A DNA stretch of 64,000 nucleotides from an uncultured delta proteobacterium (GTDB lineage: Bacteria; Desulfobacterota; Desulfomonilia; Desulfomonilales; Desulfomonilaceae): contig CAWBKB010000003.1 of the NCBI GenBank assembly GCA_963789265.1, forward strand, positions 1,024,001 to 1,088,000, written 5' to 3'. Below are positions 8,941-19,171 of this stretch, piece after piece. Made by a program: the position numbers and the translations under genes. Under the pieces are notes generated by a model, which saw nothing but the letters and a program-made list of their open reading frames with translations, did not search any database and had not been told where the DNA came from. Within the stretch, counting starts at the first letter, position 1. Each line of letters starts with the position of its first letter.

Positions 8941-10392
8941 ATGCAAGTTCTATTAATCGCTCCACCTCTGAATAGATTTGGAGGCCGAGACTGGAATACA
9001 TTTCATTTGGGCTTGGGATATCTGGCTGCCGTACTTCGTAATGAGGGACATCGGGTATTGATATACGATGCAAACGTCAATAGCGACTCCGGCGCGTCCG
9101 CTTGCTCACCGAACCGGTTGCGTGAGAGATTTGAGGCCGGACTAAGAGATGACGAACATCCTGTATGGAAGGAAGCTAAGGCCGTGATACGAGACACTAG
9201 GCCAGACGTGGTAGGCATAACTTGCAGGGTGCCCGACATGATGGCCGCCACCAAAATCGCCCAAATCGTTAAATCTATTGACGAGAAATGCGTCACTGTC
9301 ATGGGGGGACCGGCCGCAACGACATGTACAGATCTCATCCTTCAGGAATCTTGTGTGGATTTTGTTGTGCGTGGCGAGGGTGAGATTACCATGGTGGAGC
9401 TGTTACGCCTTTTGGCAGTCACTCGACCAGATTTTTCCAAGGTCGATGGTCTGTCCTTCCGAGGCCAAGATGGCGCAATCCATAATAGGAGCCGAGCTCT
9501 GATTCGAAACATAGATACTTTGCCGTTTCCGGCCCGTGATTTGCTGATGTTCGCGGACCGCCTTACAAAAAAGACGCGCCTTAGCCTCATGGGTCACTTA
9601 ATTACATCTCGCGGCTGCCCGTACTTATGCACGTACTGCGCCAATCATGCGGTATGGGGAACGCGGCGCGTTCGTATGCGGTCCCCCGATTCAGTAGTGG
9701 CCGAAGTCTTGCACTTGCGTGACGTCTATGGAGTCAAGCGCGTAATCTTCTGGGACGACCACTTGACAACCAGGAGAGACAGGGTTGTGACGTTCTGTAA
9801 TCTGTTGATAGAGAAAAAAGCTAACGTTCAATGGCTGAGTTTCGTGAGAGCAGACACCATTGACGCGGAACTTCTCCAATTGATGAAAAGAGCGGGTTGT
9901 TATGAACTCCAGATGGGTGTCGAATCGGGGAGCGAACGAATACTCAAAAAGATTAGAAAGGGCGTGACACTGGATCAAATCAGGAAGACGGCCAAACTGC
10001 TACGAGAAAGCGGGCTACGCTGGCATGCGTTCCTGATGATAGGGTTTCCCGGTGAGACTTTGGTCGAGATGGAGGCAACGATGCAACTGCTATCCGAACT
10101 TTACCCCGATTCCGCTGAGCTAAGCGTTGTATCGCCTTATCCGGGAACAGAACTTTTTGAAAATGCCATTCGAGAGGGGCAGTTGGACCCAAGTGGATGG
10201 CAGGCCGCGGATACATGCAGGCCCGAATCTGTTCTTGTTGACACTATGTCGCGGGATGCCTTTCGGGATTTGGCACTTAGATACATGAAAGAATGCGACG
10301 CGTTCAACGCGAGCAGGACTCCCTGGCATAGGCGTGCGGCACGAGCAGTCAGGAAACGAATTCACCGAACATGGGGTCAGATGGGCCGATAA
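8941..10392 (+). CDS. Cobalamin-binding radical SAM protein (class B methylase-like)
   Basis: N-terminal B12 domain (LGLGYLAA, GGPAAT, VVRGEGE); SRGCPYLCTYC CxxxCxxC; GVESGS. Confidence 0.92.
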   Translation: MQVLLIAPPLNRFGGRDWNTFHLGLGYLAAVLRNEGHRVLIYDANVNSDSGASACSPNRLRERFEAGLRDDEHPVWKEAKAVIRDTRPDVVGITCRVPDMMAATKIAQIVKSIDEKCVTVMGGPAATTCTDLILQESCVDFVVRGEGEITMVELLRLLAVTRPDFSKVDGLSFRGQDGAIHNRSRALIRNIDTLPFPARDLLMFADRLTKKTRLSLMGHLITSRGCPYLCTYCANHAVWGTRRVRMRSPDSVVAEVLHLRDVYGVKRVIFWDDHLTTRRDRVVTFCNLLIEKKANVQWLSFVRADTIDAELLQLMKRAGCYELQMGVESGSERILKKIRKGVTLDQIRKTAKLLRESGLRWHAFLMIGFPGETLVEMEATMQLLSELYPDSAELSVVSPYPGTELFENAIREGQLDPSGWQAADTCRPESVLVDTMSRDAFRDLALRYMKECDAFNASRTPWHRRAARAVRKRIHRTWGQMGR

Positions 10393-10396
10393 AATC

Positions 10397-11263
10397 ATGA
10401 ACGTAAGAGAATTTGTCAAATTGGTTACTCCGCCGTTGGCTATCAAATTGGCCAAGCGTTTTCTGTCCCGGTTGTTGTGGCCAAAGGAATGGGAATACGT
10501 TCCTGAAGGTTGGGCCTACACGCGGAGTCATACCGGTGTCAAAGGGTGGGCTGCCACGGATGTGTTGAAGCTTTACCGCCAGAAATGGCCGACGTTTGTG
10601 CAAATGGTCGAAGGAGCAAATCTTCTCGGGTTCTCCCACGAATCTGATCTCACGAGCTGCACTGATGTGATTCAGCACAATACGATAATGGTCTTTGCCT
10701 ATTCCATTGCTCTGGCCGCGCATGGTCTCAGCTCCATGTCCGTACTGGACTGGGGTGGAGGTATTGGTCACTATTACGTCTTGGCTCGTTCCTTAATACA
10801 GAACGTTGAGATAGATTATCATTGTAGAGACTTGTCGCTGTTTGCTGATTACGGAAGAGAGCTTTTCCCCACACAGCATTTCTATGTGGACGAATCGTGT
10901 TTCGATCGTACCTACGACTTCGTATTGACCAGCAGCTCTCTACAGTATGCTGAGCATTGGGAAGATGTATTGGGAGATCTGAGCCGTGTAACGAATGGTT
11001 ACATTCTAGTTACGCGTCTTCCTATAATTAACGATGGTAAGTCTTTTGTTTATGTGCAGCGCCCTTATGCGCACGGGTACAACACTGAATACTTAGGCTG
11101 GTGTATCGCGCGGCAATCTCTTTTGAATCAAGCCTTCGAATCCAAGCTCACTCTCGTGCGAGAATTCATAATTGGAGAGAGTGCCCACATCTCAAACGCT
11201 CCCGGCCAATGCGAATTTAGGGGTTACCTGTTTCGATCTATGAAAAGAGGGGATCTTCGCTGA
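10397..11263 (+). CDS. Class I SAM methyltransferase
   Basis: VLDWGGGIGHYY and LTSSSLQY motifs; ATG 10397 lies just after the radical SAM stop. Confidence 0.8.
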   Translation: MNVREFVKLVTPPLAIKLAKRFLSRLLWPKEWEYVPEGWAYTRSHTGVKGWAATDVLKLYRQKWPTFVQMVEGANLLGFSHESDLTSCTDVIQHNTIMVFAYSIALAAHGLSSMSVLDWGGGIGHYYVLARSLIQNVEIDYHCRDLSLFADYGRELFPTQHFYVDESCFDRTYDFVLTSSSLQYAEHWEDVLGDLSRVTNGYILVTRLPIINDGKSFVYVQRPYAHGYNTEYLGWCIARQSLLNQAFESKLTLVREFIIGESAHISNAPGQCEFRGYLFRSMKRGDLR

Positions 11264-11339
11264 ACTGTGTTTGTACTATTAAAGAATCGAGCGGAAGTCT
11301 CGATGTACCACAGTCCAGTAACCGTGGGAGAGCGTCTCA

Positions 11340-12549
11340 ATGAATGTGGGTGTAGTCGTATCTGACCAAGCCCCGGAAGATGGTGGCGGTTACGTTTTCG
11401 AACTTGAGATTCTGCAGTCCCTTATGGAGGGTGCTCATGAGAGCACCCACATTTTCAAGGTATTTTGCCAAGCAAACTGGCTCAAGATCATTCAGCAATT
11501 GCCCAATTGCGCTCAAATGGAAGTTACGTCCTACGTCAGCCGCGACCGGCGCGTAATTCTGGAAAAGGCCCTCACAGGCATAAGTTGGAGGTTTGGCAGT
11601 CTTTATCACAAAATGTGGGCGAGAGGCGGTCTTGAAATGGCGGCCCGTGGAAGCGGTATGGATTTCATATGGCTTCTTGGTACAGACGTATCCCGACCTT
11701 GATCTGCCATACATGACAGTCGTATGGGATTTGCAGCACAGGCTGCAACCCTGGTTTCCCGAACTGAGTTCTCGAGGGGAGTGGGAGGCCAGAGAAGCCC
11801 GCTATTCCACTTTTCTGCGGAAAGCCACAAAGATTATTGCAGGTACGGAGGCGGGACGAAATGAGATTCAAATGTTTTACCAGGTGCCGATCGAACGTAT
11901 AGAAATATTACCCCACCCGACCCCGGGATTTTGCCTGAAAGGTCCCGAAAGTGACCCGAAAGACGTGCTTGCCAAGTACAAGATCCCGGAAAGATATTTA
12001 TTCTATCCTGCCCAATTTTGGTCCCACAAGAATCACGCGAACCTTCTACTTGCCATAAGGCAACTGCTGGACCGACACGGCCGGGTTATGCCTGCGGTCT
12101 TCGTGGGATCCGACAAAGGTAATCTTGAGCACATTAGAAAACTGACAGCCGAACTGGGCTTAACCGGTCAAGTTCATTTTCTCGGCTTTGTGTCTCAAGC
12201 CGATTTGATTTCACTTTATAGGAATGCCTTTGCATTGACCTACGTGTCGTTCTGTGGCCCGGAGAACTTACCCCCTCTCGAGGCTATTGCTCTTGGTTGT
12301 CCCGTTGTGGCATCAAAAGTGTCCGGTGCCGCGGAACAACTTGGCGAAGCTGCCTTATTGGTAGACCCATCAAATCCTGAAGAAATCGCCAATGCCATTA
12401 AGGTGCTACTGGATGATCCAAGCCTGGTGCGCACAATGGTGGAGAGAGGCCGTCAGCGGGCTTTGAGATGGACGGGCCGCGACTTTGTTCATGGGATCTT
12501 TAAGATCCTTGACGATTTTGAGCCAATAAGACGGTGCTTTCCCTCATGA
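11340..12549 (+). CDS. GT4 glycosyltransferase, split by a frameshift near 11685
   Basis: The N-part (GGGYVF) and C-part (VWDLQHR, FYPAQFWSHKNH, GPENLPPLEA) lie in overlapping frames. Confidence 0.85.
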
Positions 12550-12651
12550 TGGAGAAATTTCCTTGCAACTGTGCCGTAGTAGAGGCTTGCGTCGCGTCTA
12601 AATTGCAAGGAGGTGAATCCTCCCTGCCCAAAAAGTGCGAGGAGTCTATCC

Positions 12652-13278
12652 GTGCTAATTTCACGTAGCCACAAGTTTATCTTCATACACGTACACAAAA
12701 ATGCAGGCACGAGCATCCAGAGTGCATTGATGCCGTTCGCGGCAAGCAAGCTGCAGATTTTATTGAGCCGAGCGCTGAGGAGATTTGGTGTTAGAATTTA
12801 CCCTTGGCCTTTTGCCGACCATGTGACGGCATCTGATATAATTTCTAAAATGGGGAAAGAGAATTTCGAAACTTACTTTTCATTTGCAGTAGTGCGAAAT
12901 CCTTGGGACTGGCAAGCATCGTTATATACTTTCATCCTAAAAGAAATCAATCACTTCGAGCACCGCCATGTCAAAGGGTTCCGGGATTTTGACGAGAACA
13001 TCGAATGGCGTTGCTCGCAGGAAGTAGACTGTCAGAAAGACTTTATCTTCGATCAAAATGGAGCACAGCTAGTCGATTTTGTGGTCCGGTTCGAGAATTT
13101 GGAAGCAGACTTTCAATACATTTGTACTCGTCTGGGCATTTCCGCCACTTTGCCGAGGCTGAATGTTTCCAAGACCAGGCCATACCAAGAATTCTATAGC
13201 GAGAAAAGCGCTGCGCTAGTGAGAGAGACATTTGCGCCTGACATCGAGCTTTTCGGCTACGAGTTCGGGAAACCCTGA
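12652..13278 (+). CDS. Sulfotransferase (family 2)
   Basis: FIFIHVHKNAGTSI 5'-PSB and VRNPWDWQASLY 3'-PB motifs; GAGGAG RBS before GTG 12652. Confidence 0.85.
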   Translation: MLISRSHKFIFIHVHKNAGTSIQSALMPFAASKLQILLSRALRRFGVRIYPWPFADHVTASDIISKMGKENFETYFSFAVVRNPWDWQASLYTFILKEINHFEHRHVKGFRDFDENIEWRCSQEVDCQKDFIFDQNGAQLVDFVVRFENLEADFQYICTRLGISATLPRLNVSKTRPYQEFYSEKSAALVRETFAPDIELFGYEFGKP

Positions 13279-13303
13279 AAAATTGTCAACTCTGTGACGA
13301 CCT

Positions 13304-13921
13304 ATGAAGAAAAAGCTCATTTTTGTCGGGACATCCGGGTGGACTTATGATGATTGGTCAGGGCGGTTCTATCCGGAAAAAGTGAAAGGTTCTGAGAGGC
13401 TTTCCTACTACGCGAGCCAGTTCGACACTGTGGAAGTAAATGCTACCTTTTACCGACTGCCTTCCCAGGCGATGATCTCAGCTTGGAATAAGCGGCTTCA
13501 AGAAGGTTTTCACCTTGTGGTCAAGGGCTCTCGCTTAATAACGCGCATGAAAAAGCTGGGAGATTGCGAGGAACAGGTTCATTTTCTCGGCTTCGTGTCT
13601 CGAGCCGATTTGATTTCACTTTATAGGAATGCCTTTGCATTGACCTACGTGTCGTTCTGTGGCCCGGAGAACTTACCCCCTCTCGAGGTTTTTGCTCTTG
13701 GTTGTCCTGTTGTGGCATCAAAAGTGTCCGGTGCCGCGGAACAACTTGGCGAAGCTGCCATATTGGTAGACCCATCAAATCCTGAAGAAATCGCCAATGC
13801 CATTAAGGTGCTACTGGATGATCCAAGCCTGGTGCGCACAATGGTGGAGAGAGGCCGTCAGCGGGCTTTGAGATGGACGGGCCGCGACTTTGTTCATGGG
13901 GTCTTTAAGATCCTTGACGAT
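13304..13921 (+). pseudogene. Chimeric duplication junction: DUF72 5' part fused in frame to a copy of the GT4 3' part
   Basis: 13231-13571 matches 15346-15687, and 13574-13921 matches 12169-12516 nearly base for base. Confidence 0.9.
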
Positions 13922-14082
13922 CTTGATCAATGCGGCGAATGCGATTGTGGACTCATACTTCTTGTCGGAGAGAGGGAACGCGGCAGGCCTTTGACTGCGC
14001 AGCAGCAATTCGGAAGAGTCACCCGATCAAGATTGCGGGGATAAATAGAGAAAAGCTTTTTATTGGCACAGGAGGTCGCCAA

Positions 14083-15033
14083 ATGCATACGGTTTGGAAT
14101 GGAAGACTCAAATCCCTGATGAAGAAATACGGGATTCCCACCAAGACGCTTCGGAGCCTTTTCGGGAAACCGTTCGCATCAGGCAAGGTACGCGCTCACG
14201 GGATAAACCGGAATACAGATATGGATCCTTCAAGAACCCAATCGCTGCCAAGGAATTTTTTCGACAAGATCGAAACGCCAACTGACATGTCGAGGCAATC
14301 CTGTTTCTTGTTCTCCTTGCCGAAGGCGGGTAGCGTTCTTCTGAATAATATCTTCGGCAAGCTCAGCGCGGAAGTCGGGCTCTCGTGGGTGGATCTACCA
14401 GGGTATTGTTTTCAAAATGGTATTTTGCCGAAGAAGCTCGGGGAAGACGTCGCGAACATATTTCGGCCACGAGGTTATTGTTATGGAGGTTTTCGCTGTT
14501 TTGCGGAGGAGTATGTGATTAGTGACCTTGATAAATGTAAAAGTATTTTATTGGTCCGCGATCCACGCGACATCCTTGTATCAGATTACTTTTCTATGCG
14601 ATCGAGCCATCCACCGCCAGGCGGAAACGGCGCTCTGAAAAAGATGTTCGACGAAATTAGGGTTGCGGCATTAGAAATGGATATTGATCAATATGTGATT
14701 TCGATGTCATCCGAATACCTACATCGTTTTGAGAGCTACAGGCACGGATTGAAGGACAGAGTGCCCTACAAGCTTTACAGGTACGAGGATGTGATCTTTG
14801 AAAAAAGAAGATGGATTGCGTCAATGATGGAGTATTTGGGTTGGGAAATTTCTCCTAAGATACTGAACAGAGTCGCCTCTGAGTTCGATGCCATTCCCAG
14901 AACCGAGGACGAAACTAGACACATTCGCCAAGTAACCCCCGGAGATCATAAGCGCAAATTGAGACCAGGAACTATCTCCGACCTCAACAAAATGTTCAGT
15001 GAAATAATGCAAGAATTCGGGTATCCACCATAA
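14083..15033 (+). CDS. Sulfotransferase domain protein
   Basis: FSLPKAGSVLL, VRDPRDILVSDYFS and RYED motifs; AGGAGG RBS before ATG 14083. Confidence 0.82.
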   Translation: MHTVWNGRLKSLMKKYGIPTKTLRSLFGKPFASGKVRAHGINRNTDMDPSRTQSLPRNFFDKIETPTDMSRQSCFLFSLPKAGSVLLNNIFGKLSAEVGLSWVDLPGYCFQNGILPKKLGEDVANIFRPRGYCYGGFRCFAEEYVISDLDKCKSILLVRDPRDILVSDYFSMRSSHPPPGGNGALKKMFDEIRVAALEMDIDQYVISMSSEYLHRFESYRHGLKDRVPYKLYRYEDVIFEKRRWIASMMEYLGWEISPKILNRVASEFDAIPRTEDETRHIRQVTPGDHKRKLRPGTISDLNKMFSEIMQEFGYPP

Positions 15034-15137
15034 CAACTCGGTCCATGCTTCATACCTTAAATTCCTGGGCGCTCTGAGGAATTGACCCTTCTGTGCTCTT
15101 ATCAATTGACCCGTTTAGTGAGCGGATGATTCTGGGT

Positions 15138-15345
15138 TCATTTTGATTTGGATGTTTGTTTCTTGGAGGGGTTGTTTTCGGTTTCTTGAGATTCAGTTTG
15201 AGCGGGGACTCGTAGGGATGGTCCGGATATGCGGATGGTGGTGCAGTGGTGGTTGAGGCGATCCAGCAGAGCGTCCACCAGTGGCTTGCGCTTGAACAGG
15301 TCGTACCATTGGGGGTAATCGAGGTTCGTCGTGATGATGGTAGAT
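15138..15345 (-). mobile_element. istB: IS21-family istB (AAA+ helper) C-terminal remnant
   Basis: KSTIITTNL...W...ALLDRLNHHC...ISGPSLR is the typical IstB C-terminus; the 5' part is missing. Confidence 0.85.
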
Positions 15346-15419
15346 TTTGCCCCTGACATCGAGCTTTTCGGCTACGAGTTCGGGAAGCCCTGAAGAAATT
15401 GTCAACTCGGTGACGACCC

Positions 15420-16160
15420 ATGAAGAAAAGGCTCATTTTCGTCGGGACTTCCGGCTGGACTTATGATGATTGGTCAGGGCGGTTCTATCCGGAAAAAGTG
15501 AAAGGTTCCGAGAGGCTTTCCTATTACGCGACCCAATTCGACACTGTGGAGGTAAATGCCACCTTTTACCGACTGCCTTCCCAGGCGATGATCTCAGCTT
15601 GGAATAAGCGGCTTGAAGAAGGTTTTCACCTTGTGGTCAAGGGGTCTCGCTTAATAACGCACATGAAAAAACTGGAAGATTGCGAGGTACCTCTCCAGAC
15701 GTTTTGGGATCGCATCAATCAACTGGCCCGGTTAAAGGTGATTTTGTGGCAACTCCCTCCTTCGCTCCACAAAGATACGGAACGTCTCGAACGATTTCTC
15801 TCTTTGCTCCCTGAAAATGTTCGGCATGCCGTGGAATTCCGCCATAAGAGTTGGTGGGATGAGGAGACGACTGCCATTCTGTCCGGGCATGGCGTGGCGT
15901 TTGTAGCTGTGAGCCACCTGACGTTACCCGACACCGTGTACTGCACCGCAGATTTTCTGTACGTCAGATTTCACGGTACTGGCCGAGAAACCTATCGCTA
16001 CGATTACCCAGATGAAGAACTGGCGGGATGGACGGCCAACCTCAAGCCTCACCTGAAAAAGAGTACCTGGTACGCTTTCTTCAATAACGACTACGAGGGA
16101 AATGCTCCTCGAAACGCGATGACTCTGCGGAAGATGCTCTTCGATGCCGGTTTTGAGTAG
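15420..16160 (+). CDS. DUF72 (YecE-like) protein
   Basis: VGTSGWTY, FDTVEVNATFYRLP, LWQLPPS, AVEFRH, YVRFHG and FFNND motifs. Confidence 0.92.
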   Translation: MKKRLIFVGTSGWTYDDWSGRFYPEKVKGSERLSYYATQFDTVEVNATFYRLPSQAMISAWNKRLEEGFHLVVKGSRLITHMKKLEDCEVPLQTFWDRINQLARLKVILWQLPPSLHKDTERLERFLSLLPENVRHAVEFRHKSWWDEETTAILSGHGVAFVAVSHLTLPDTVYCTADFLYVRFHGTGRETYRYDYPDEELAGWTANLKPHLKKSTWYAFFNNDYEGNAPRNAMTLRKMLFDAGFE

Positions 16161-16185
16161 AAGAGGCTGTCATCTAAATCAGATC

Positions 16186-16291
16186 GGTAGGACAGTCCCG
16201 CGCCTCGCGGGACAGCCTGTCGCTAATGACGGGCAAGATGCCCGTCGCCACTGCAAGATGCCCGTCGCCACTGCAAGATGCCCGTCGCCAC
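16186..16291. repeat. REP-like element with three tandem 20-bp units GCAAGATGCCCGTCGCCAC(T/C)
   Basis: Units start at 16233, 16253 and 16273; a related unit is at about 18060. Confidence 0.8.
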
Positions 16292-16483
16292 CAAGTCATC
16301 TTCTTTTTCTGTCATTACTTTCAAAAGTCCTCTATGAGATTTGCGATATCCCGATACGAACAATCACTCCTCATCTGTCTGCTCTTACCGCCTCCCTCCT
16401 CTAGCCTGATCCCTGCGAAAATGCTCGGATCCGAACCTGAATGAAGCGAGATCCGAAATCAATGGAAATAAGGAGCCTTCTTA

Positions 16484-17738
16484 TCACGTGCGTTTGTGAC
16501 CGTCAGTGATAAACACCTGTTTCTTGGGTAACTTGTCTACAATTCTCTTCGGCAAATGGAAGTTGGTCTCCAAGAGATATGCCGGATGCGCGGCGAGAAC
16601 TGTGCTCAAGCTTATTTCCTGGTACTCCCCGCTGTTGAAGACAATGATAAGCTCTGCGGGCTTATCACCAATATTTTCGAGAGAGTGTCCGTAGCCCATA
16701 GGAGCAAATCCTATGTCGCCCGCGGCCAACTCTTCATTCTTTGCTAAGCCGTGGGACGCAAAGACAGTGAGACGGATCTTACCCGAAAGAATGTATTGCC
16801 ACTCATCTGCGTTGGGGTGCCAGTGCAGTTCACGGAGCGCTCCCCGATCGAGCTTTAGCAATACCCCTGTCATGGTTGTTGAAATGGGGAATTGGCTCGA
16901 CGAAGCCATGCGAACCTCTCCATCGGGGTATTGCCTGAACGGCTTTTGAGAACCAAGCGCATACTTGTGAGTCAGAGGTGGAGCGAGCACTGTTTCGGGT
17001 CCTGAAATGGGAGTGACCGGCAGAGCGGGCGGCACCTGCCCCTGGGTTATGTAAACCTCTTTATTAGGGAGATCCCTCAGGTCCGAAGCCGGTAGTAGAA
17101 GATTCTTAGCCACTATCTCTTTCGGTGTCTGGGCAAGCCAGTCCGTGAAGCTGAACGTAGCGAATTCCGAGAAGTACCCGTTGTCAAAGACAAGCAGGAA
17201 TTTGGTTCCAGTTGGCCCAAGTCCTTCAATTGAATGCGCGTGCCCACGCGGAAAATACCAGACGTCTCCGGGCCCGAAGTCCACAACCTCTATTCGGCCT
17301 TGTGGGTCCAGTATAGTAGTTCTGGCGTGACCTTCGATTACATACGCCCATTCAGCCGCGTTGGCGTGCCAGTGCAGTTCGCGAAGACCACCCGGAGTCA
17401 ATGTCATCAGTACACCTGCAATGTTTTTCGATACGGGAAACTCCCTCGCGCTAACCTCTCGCGCGGTGCCACCCGGGAGTTTCTCGCGCGGGCTGTTTTA
17501 CCAGTGAAATTCGGAAGTCGGGCAAAGTCGTCTCTTCCTTCCGATTCTTCTCGGCGTTCCGGGACGGAGTTGCTTCTCCATTGGACGACAATATCAAAGG
17601 AGATGCCAACACCCCTCCTGCAACCAATGGTAATCCTGTAAGAAATCGTCGCCGACCGATTGAGTGCTCTGCTGGACCAGTATCCTCGCTCGGTCGGTCT
17701 TCTCTTCTTTTTTTCCTATCTTTTACATCTTCATTCAT
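16484..17738 (-). CDS. oxdC: Oxalate decarboxylase-like bicupin with Tat signal; frameshift near 17475
   Basis: Two RELHWH Mn-binding cupin motifs and FSEFATF lid. The N-part (GRRRFLTGLPLVAGGVLA...LPDFRISL) is in another frame and joins GGTAREVSAREFPVSKNIAGV after removing one base. Confidence 0.82.
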
Positions 17739-17969
17739 GATCGCATCCTTTCTTCGGCTTGCGGTGGCCGTCTCAATTATTTGGCGGCGCCTGCTTTTTA
17801 CAGAATGTTGCCCTAAACAATTTTGTAAGATTGGATGCGCGCGTATAGCTAAGGATTCCACGGGATGCAACCGTTCACCCTGCAAGCAAGATTCACGGCA
17901 GAGTGCGCAGAGAATAAAGGATGGCTTATATTAGTGCGCCGTAAAATAGTGACAATCCTAGACAGGATA

Positions 17970-18080
17970 TGGTGGGGCATCCCGCGCGGAGCGCGGGATC
18001 GCCCCGGACTCCGATCCGGGGTCCAGTCTGGATGCCCGCGTACGCGGGCATGACGACAGACAAGATGCCCGTCGCCAGCA
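17970..18080. repeat. Cluster of palindromic REP-like repeats between oxdC and the chelatase gene
   Basis: atcccgcgcggagcgcgggat, ccccgga...tccgggg, tgcccgcgtacgcgggca and caagatgcccgtcgcca. Confidence 0.7.
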
Positions 18081-18115
18081 ATTCATTCTTTTCCGTGATT
18101 ACATTTAGAATCACA

Positions 18116-19171
18116 CTATGCCCTTGGGTCAACTGACAAAGCCCGCTCGATTTCTTTGCCCACCTCAGCGGCAACTCCATCAAAGGGTGTGCGTCTCACC
18201 CGATGAGGCAATGCCAACTCTGCTGCGGCCAAGACATCCTGAGAAATTACCTTGTCTCGGCCTTGGTACGCCGCAATTGCCCTTGCCGTTTTTAGAGTCA
18301 CGATATCGGCTCTGTGCCCGTCTACGCCGAGCTTCAAACATGCGGATGCAATCTGTTCCAGTGTTGACTTCTCCACCACCACGTCGGCGCACCGCACTAC
18401 GGCAGTTTGGATGCGCTCCGACACCTTTGCGGATTCCACCGACCAGTCCCGGGAAAATCGCACAGGATCCTTGTCAAATTGGAGCCGGCGCCTCATGATC
18501 TCCACCCGCGAACCTGCATCGCGAATTCCTTCGATGTTCACGCACAGGCCGAATCGGTCTAATAGCTGCGGCCTCAGCTCGCCTTCTTCAGGGTTCATAG
18601 TTCCGACGAGAGTGAAACGAGCTGGATGAGCGAATGATACCCCCTCTCGCTCCACAGTATTCACGCCCATAGCTGCTGAATCCAGCAGCACATCCACCAG
18701 ATGGTCGTCGAGCAGGTTCACTTCATCCACGTATAGAATACCCCGGTGAGCCTGAGCCAGGATTCCCGGTTCGAACTTCTTTTGCCCCGTCTTCAGCGCA
18801 TGCTCCAGGTTCAGCGTCCCTACGAGCCTGTCCTCGGTTGCTCCCAACGGCAACTCGACTACCCGGATTTTGCGCTCTTTGACTGCCGGCAAATCCGCTG
18901 CCGAATTGCCGTCACAGCACGCACTGTCCATGCAATAACCGCACACGGTGTGAATGTCTCGAACCGGCAATTGAAAGGGACAGTCTTCGACGACGGCAAT
19001 TGCTGGAAGGATGTCCGCAATACCGCGCGCGGCAGTAGATTTTGCCGTACCTTTTTCTCCTCTAACGAGCAATCCACCTATTGTAGGATCGACAATATTC
19101 AGTATAAGAGCCAGCTTCACCTGCTCTTGGCCCACAATTGCAGTGAACGGGTACAAAGGTTGAGTCCACAT
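18116..19171 (-). CDS. Mg/Co-chelatase ATPase subunit I-like (ChlI/BchI AAA+)
   Basis: YPFTAIVGQE, Walker A GEKGTAKS, LYVDEVNLL and MNPEEGELRPQLLDRFGL. Confidence 0.92.
   Translation of the reverse strand: MWTQPLYPFTAIVGQEQVKLALILNIVDPTIGGLLVRGEKGTAKSTAARGIADILPAIAVVEDCPFQLPVRDIHTVCGYCMDSACCDGNSAADLPAVKERKIRVVELPLGATEDRLVGTLNLEHALKTGQKKFEPGILAQAHRGILYVDEVNLLDDHLVDVLLDSAAMGVNTVEREGVSFAHPARFTLVGTMNPEEGELRPQLLDRFGLCVNIEGIRDAGSRVEIMRRRLQFDKDPVRFSRDWSVESAKVSERIQTAVVRCADVVVEKSTLEQIASACLKLGVDGHRADIVTLKTARAIAAYQGRDKVISQDVLAAAELALPHRVRRTPFDGVAAEVGKEIERALSVDPRA

Noticed and set aside
13304..14044. 246-aa ORF as a novel DUF72-glycosyltransferase fusion enzyme
   Set aside because: Both halves are partial near-identical copies of neighbouring genes, and neither domain is complete.
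16233..16291. Three 20-bp repeats as a CRISPR array
   Set aside because: Head-to-tail with no spacers and no cas genes; REP-derived slippage.
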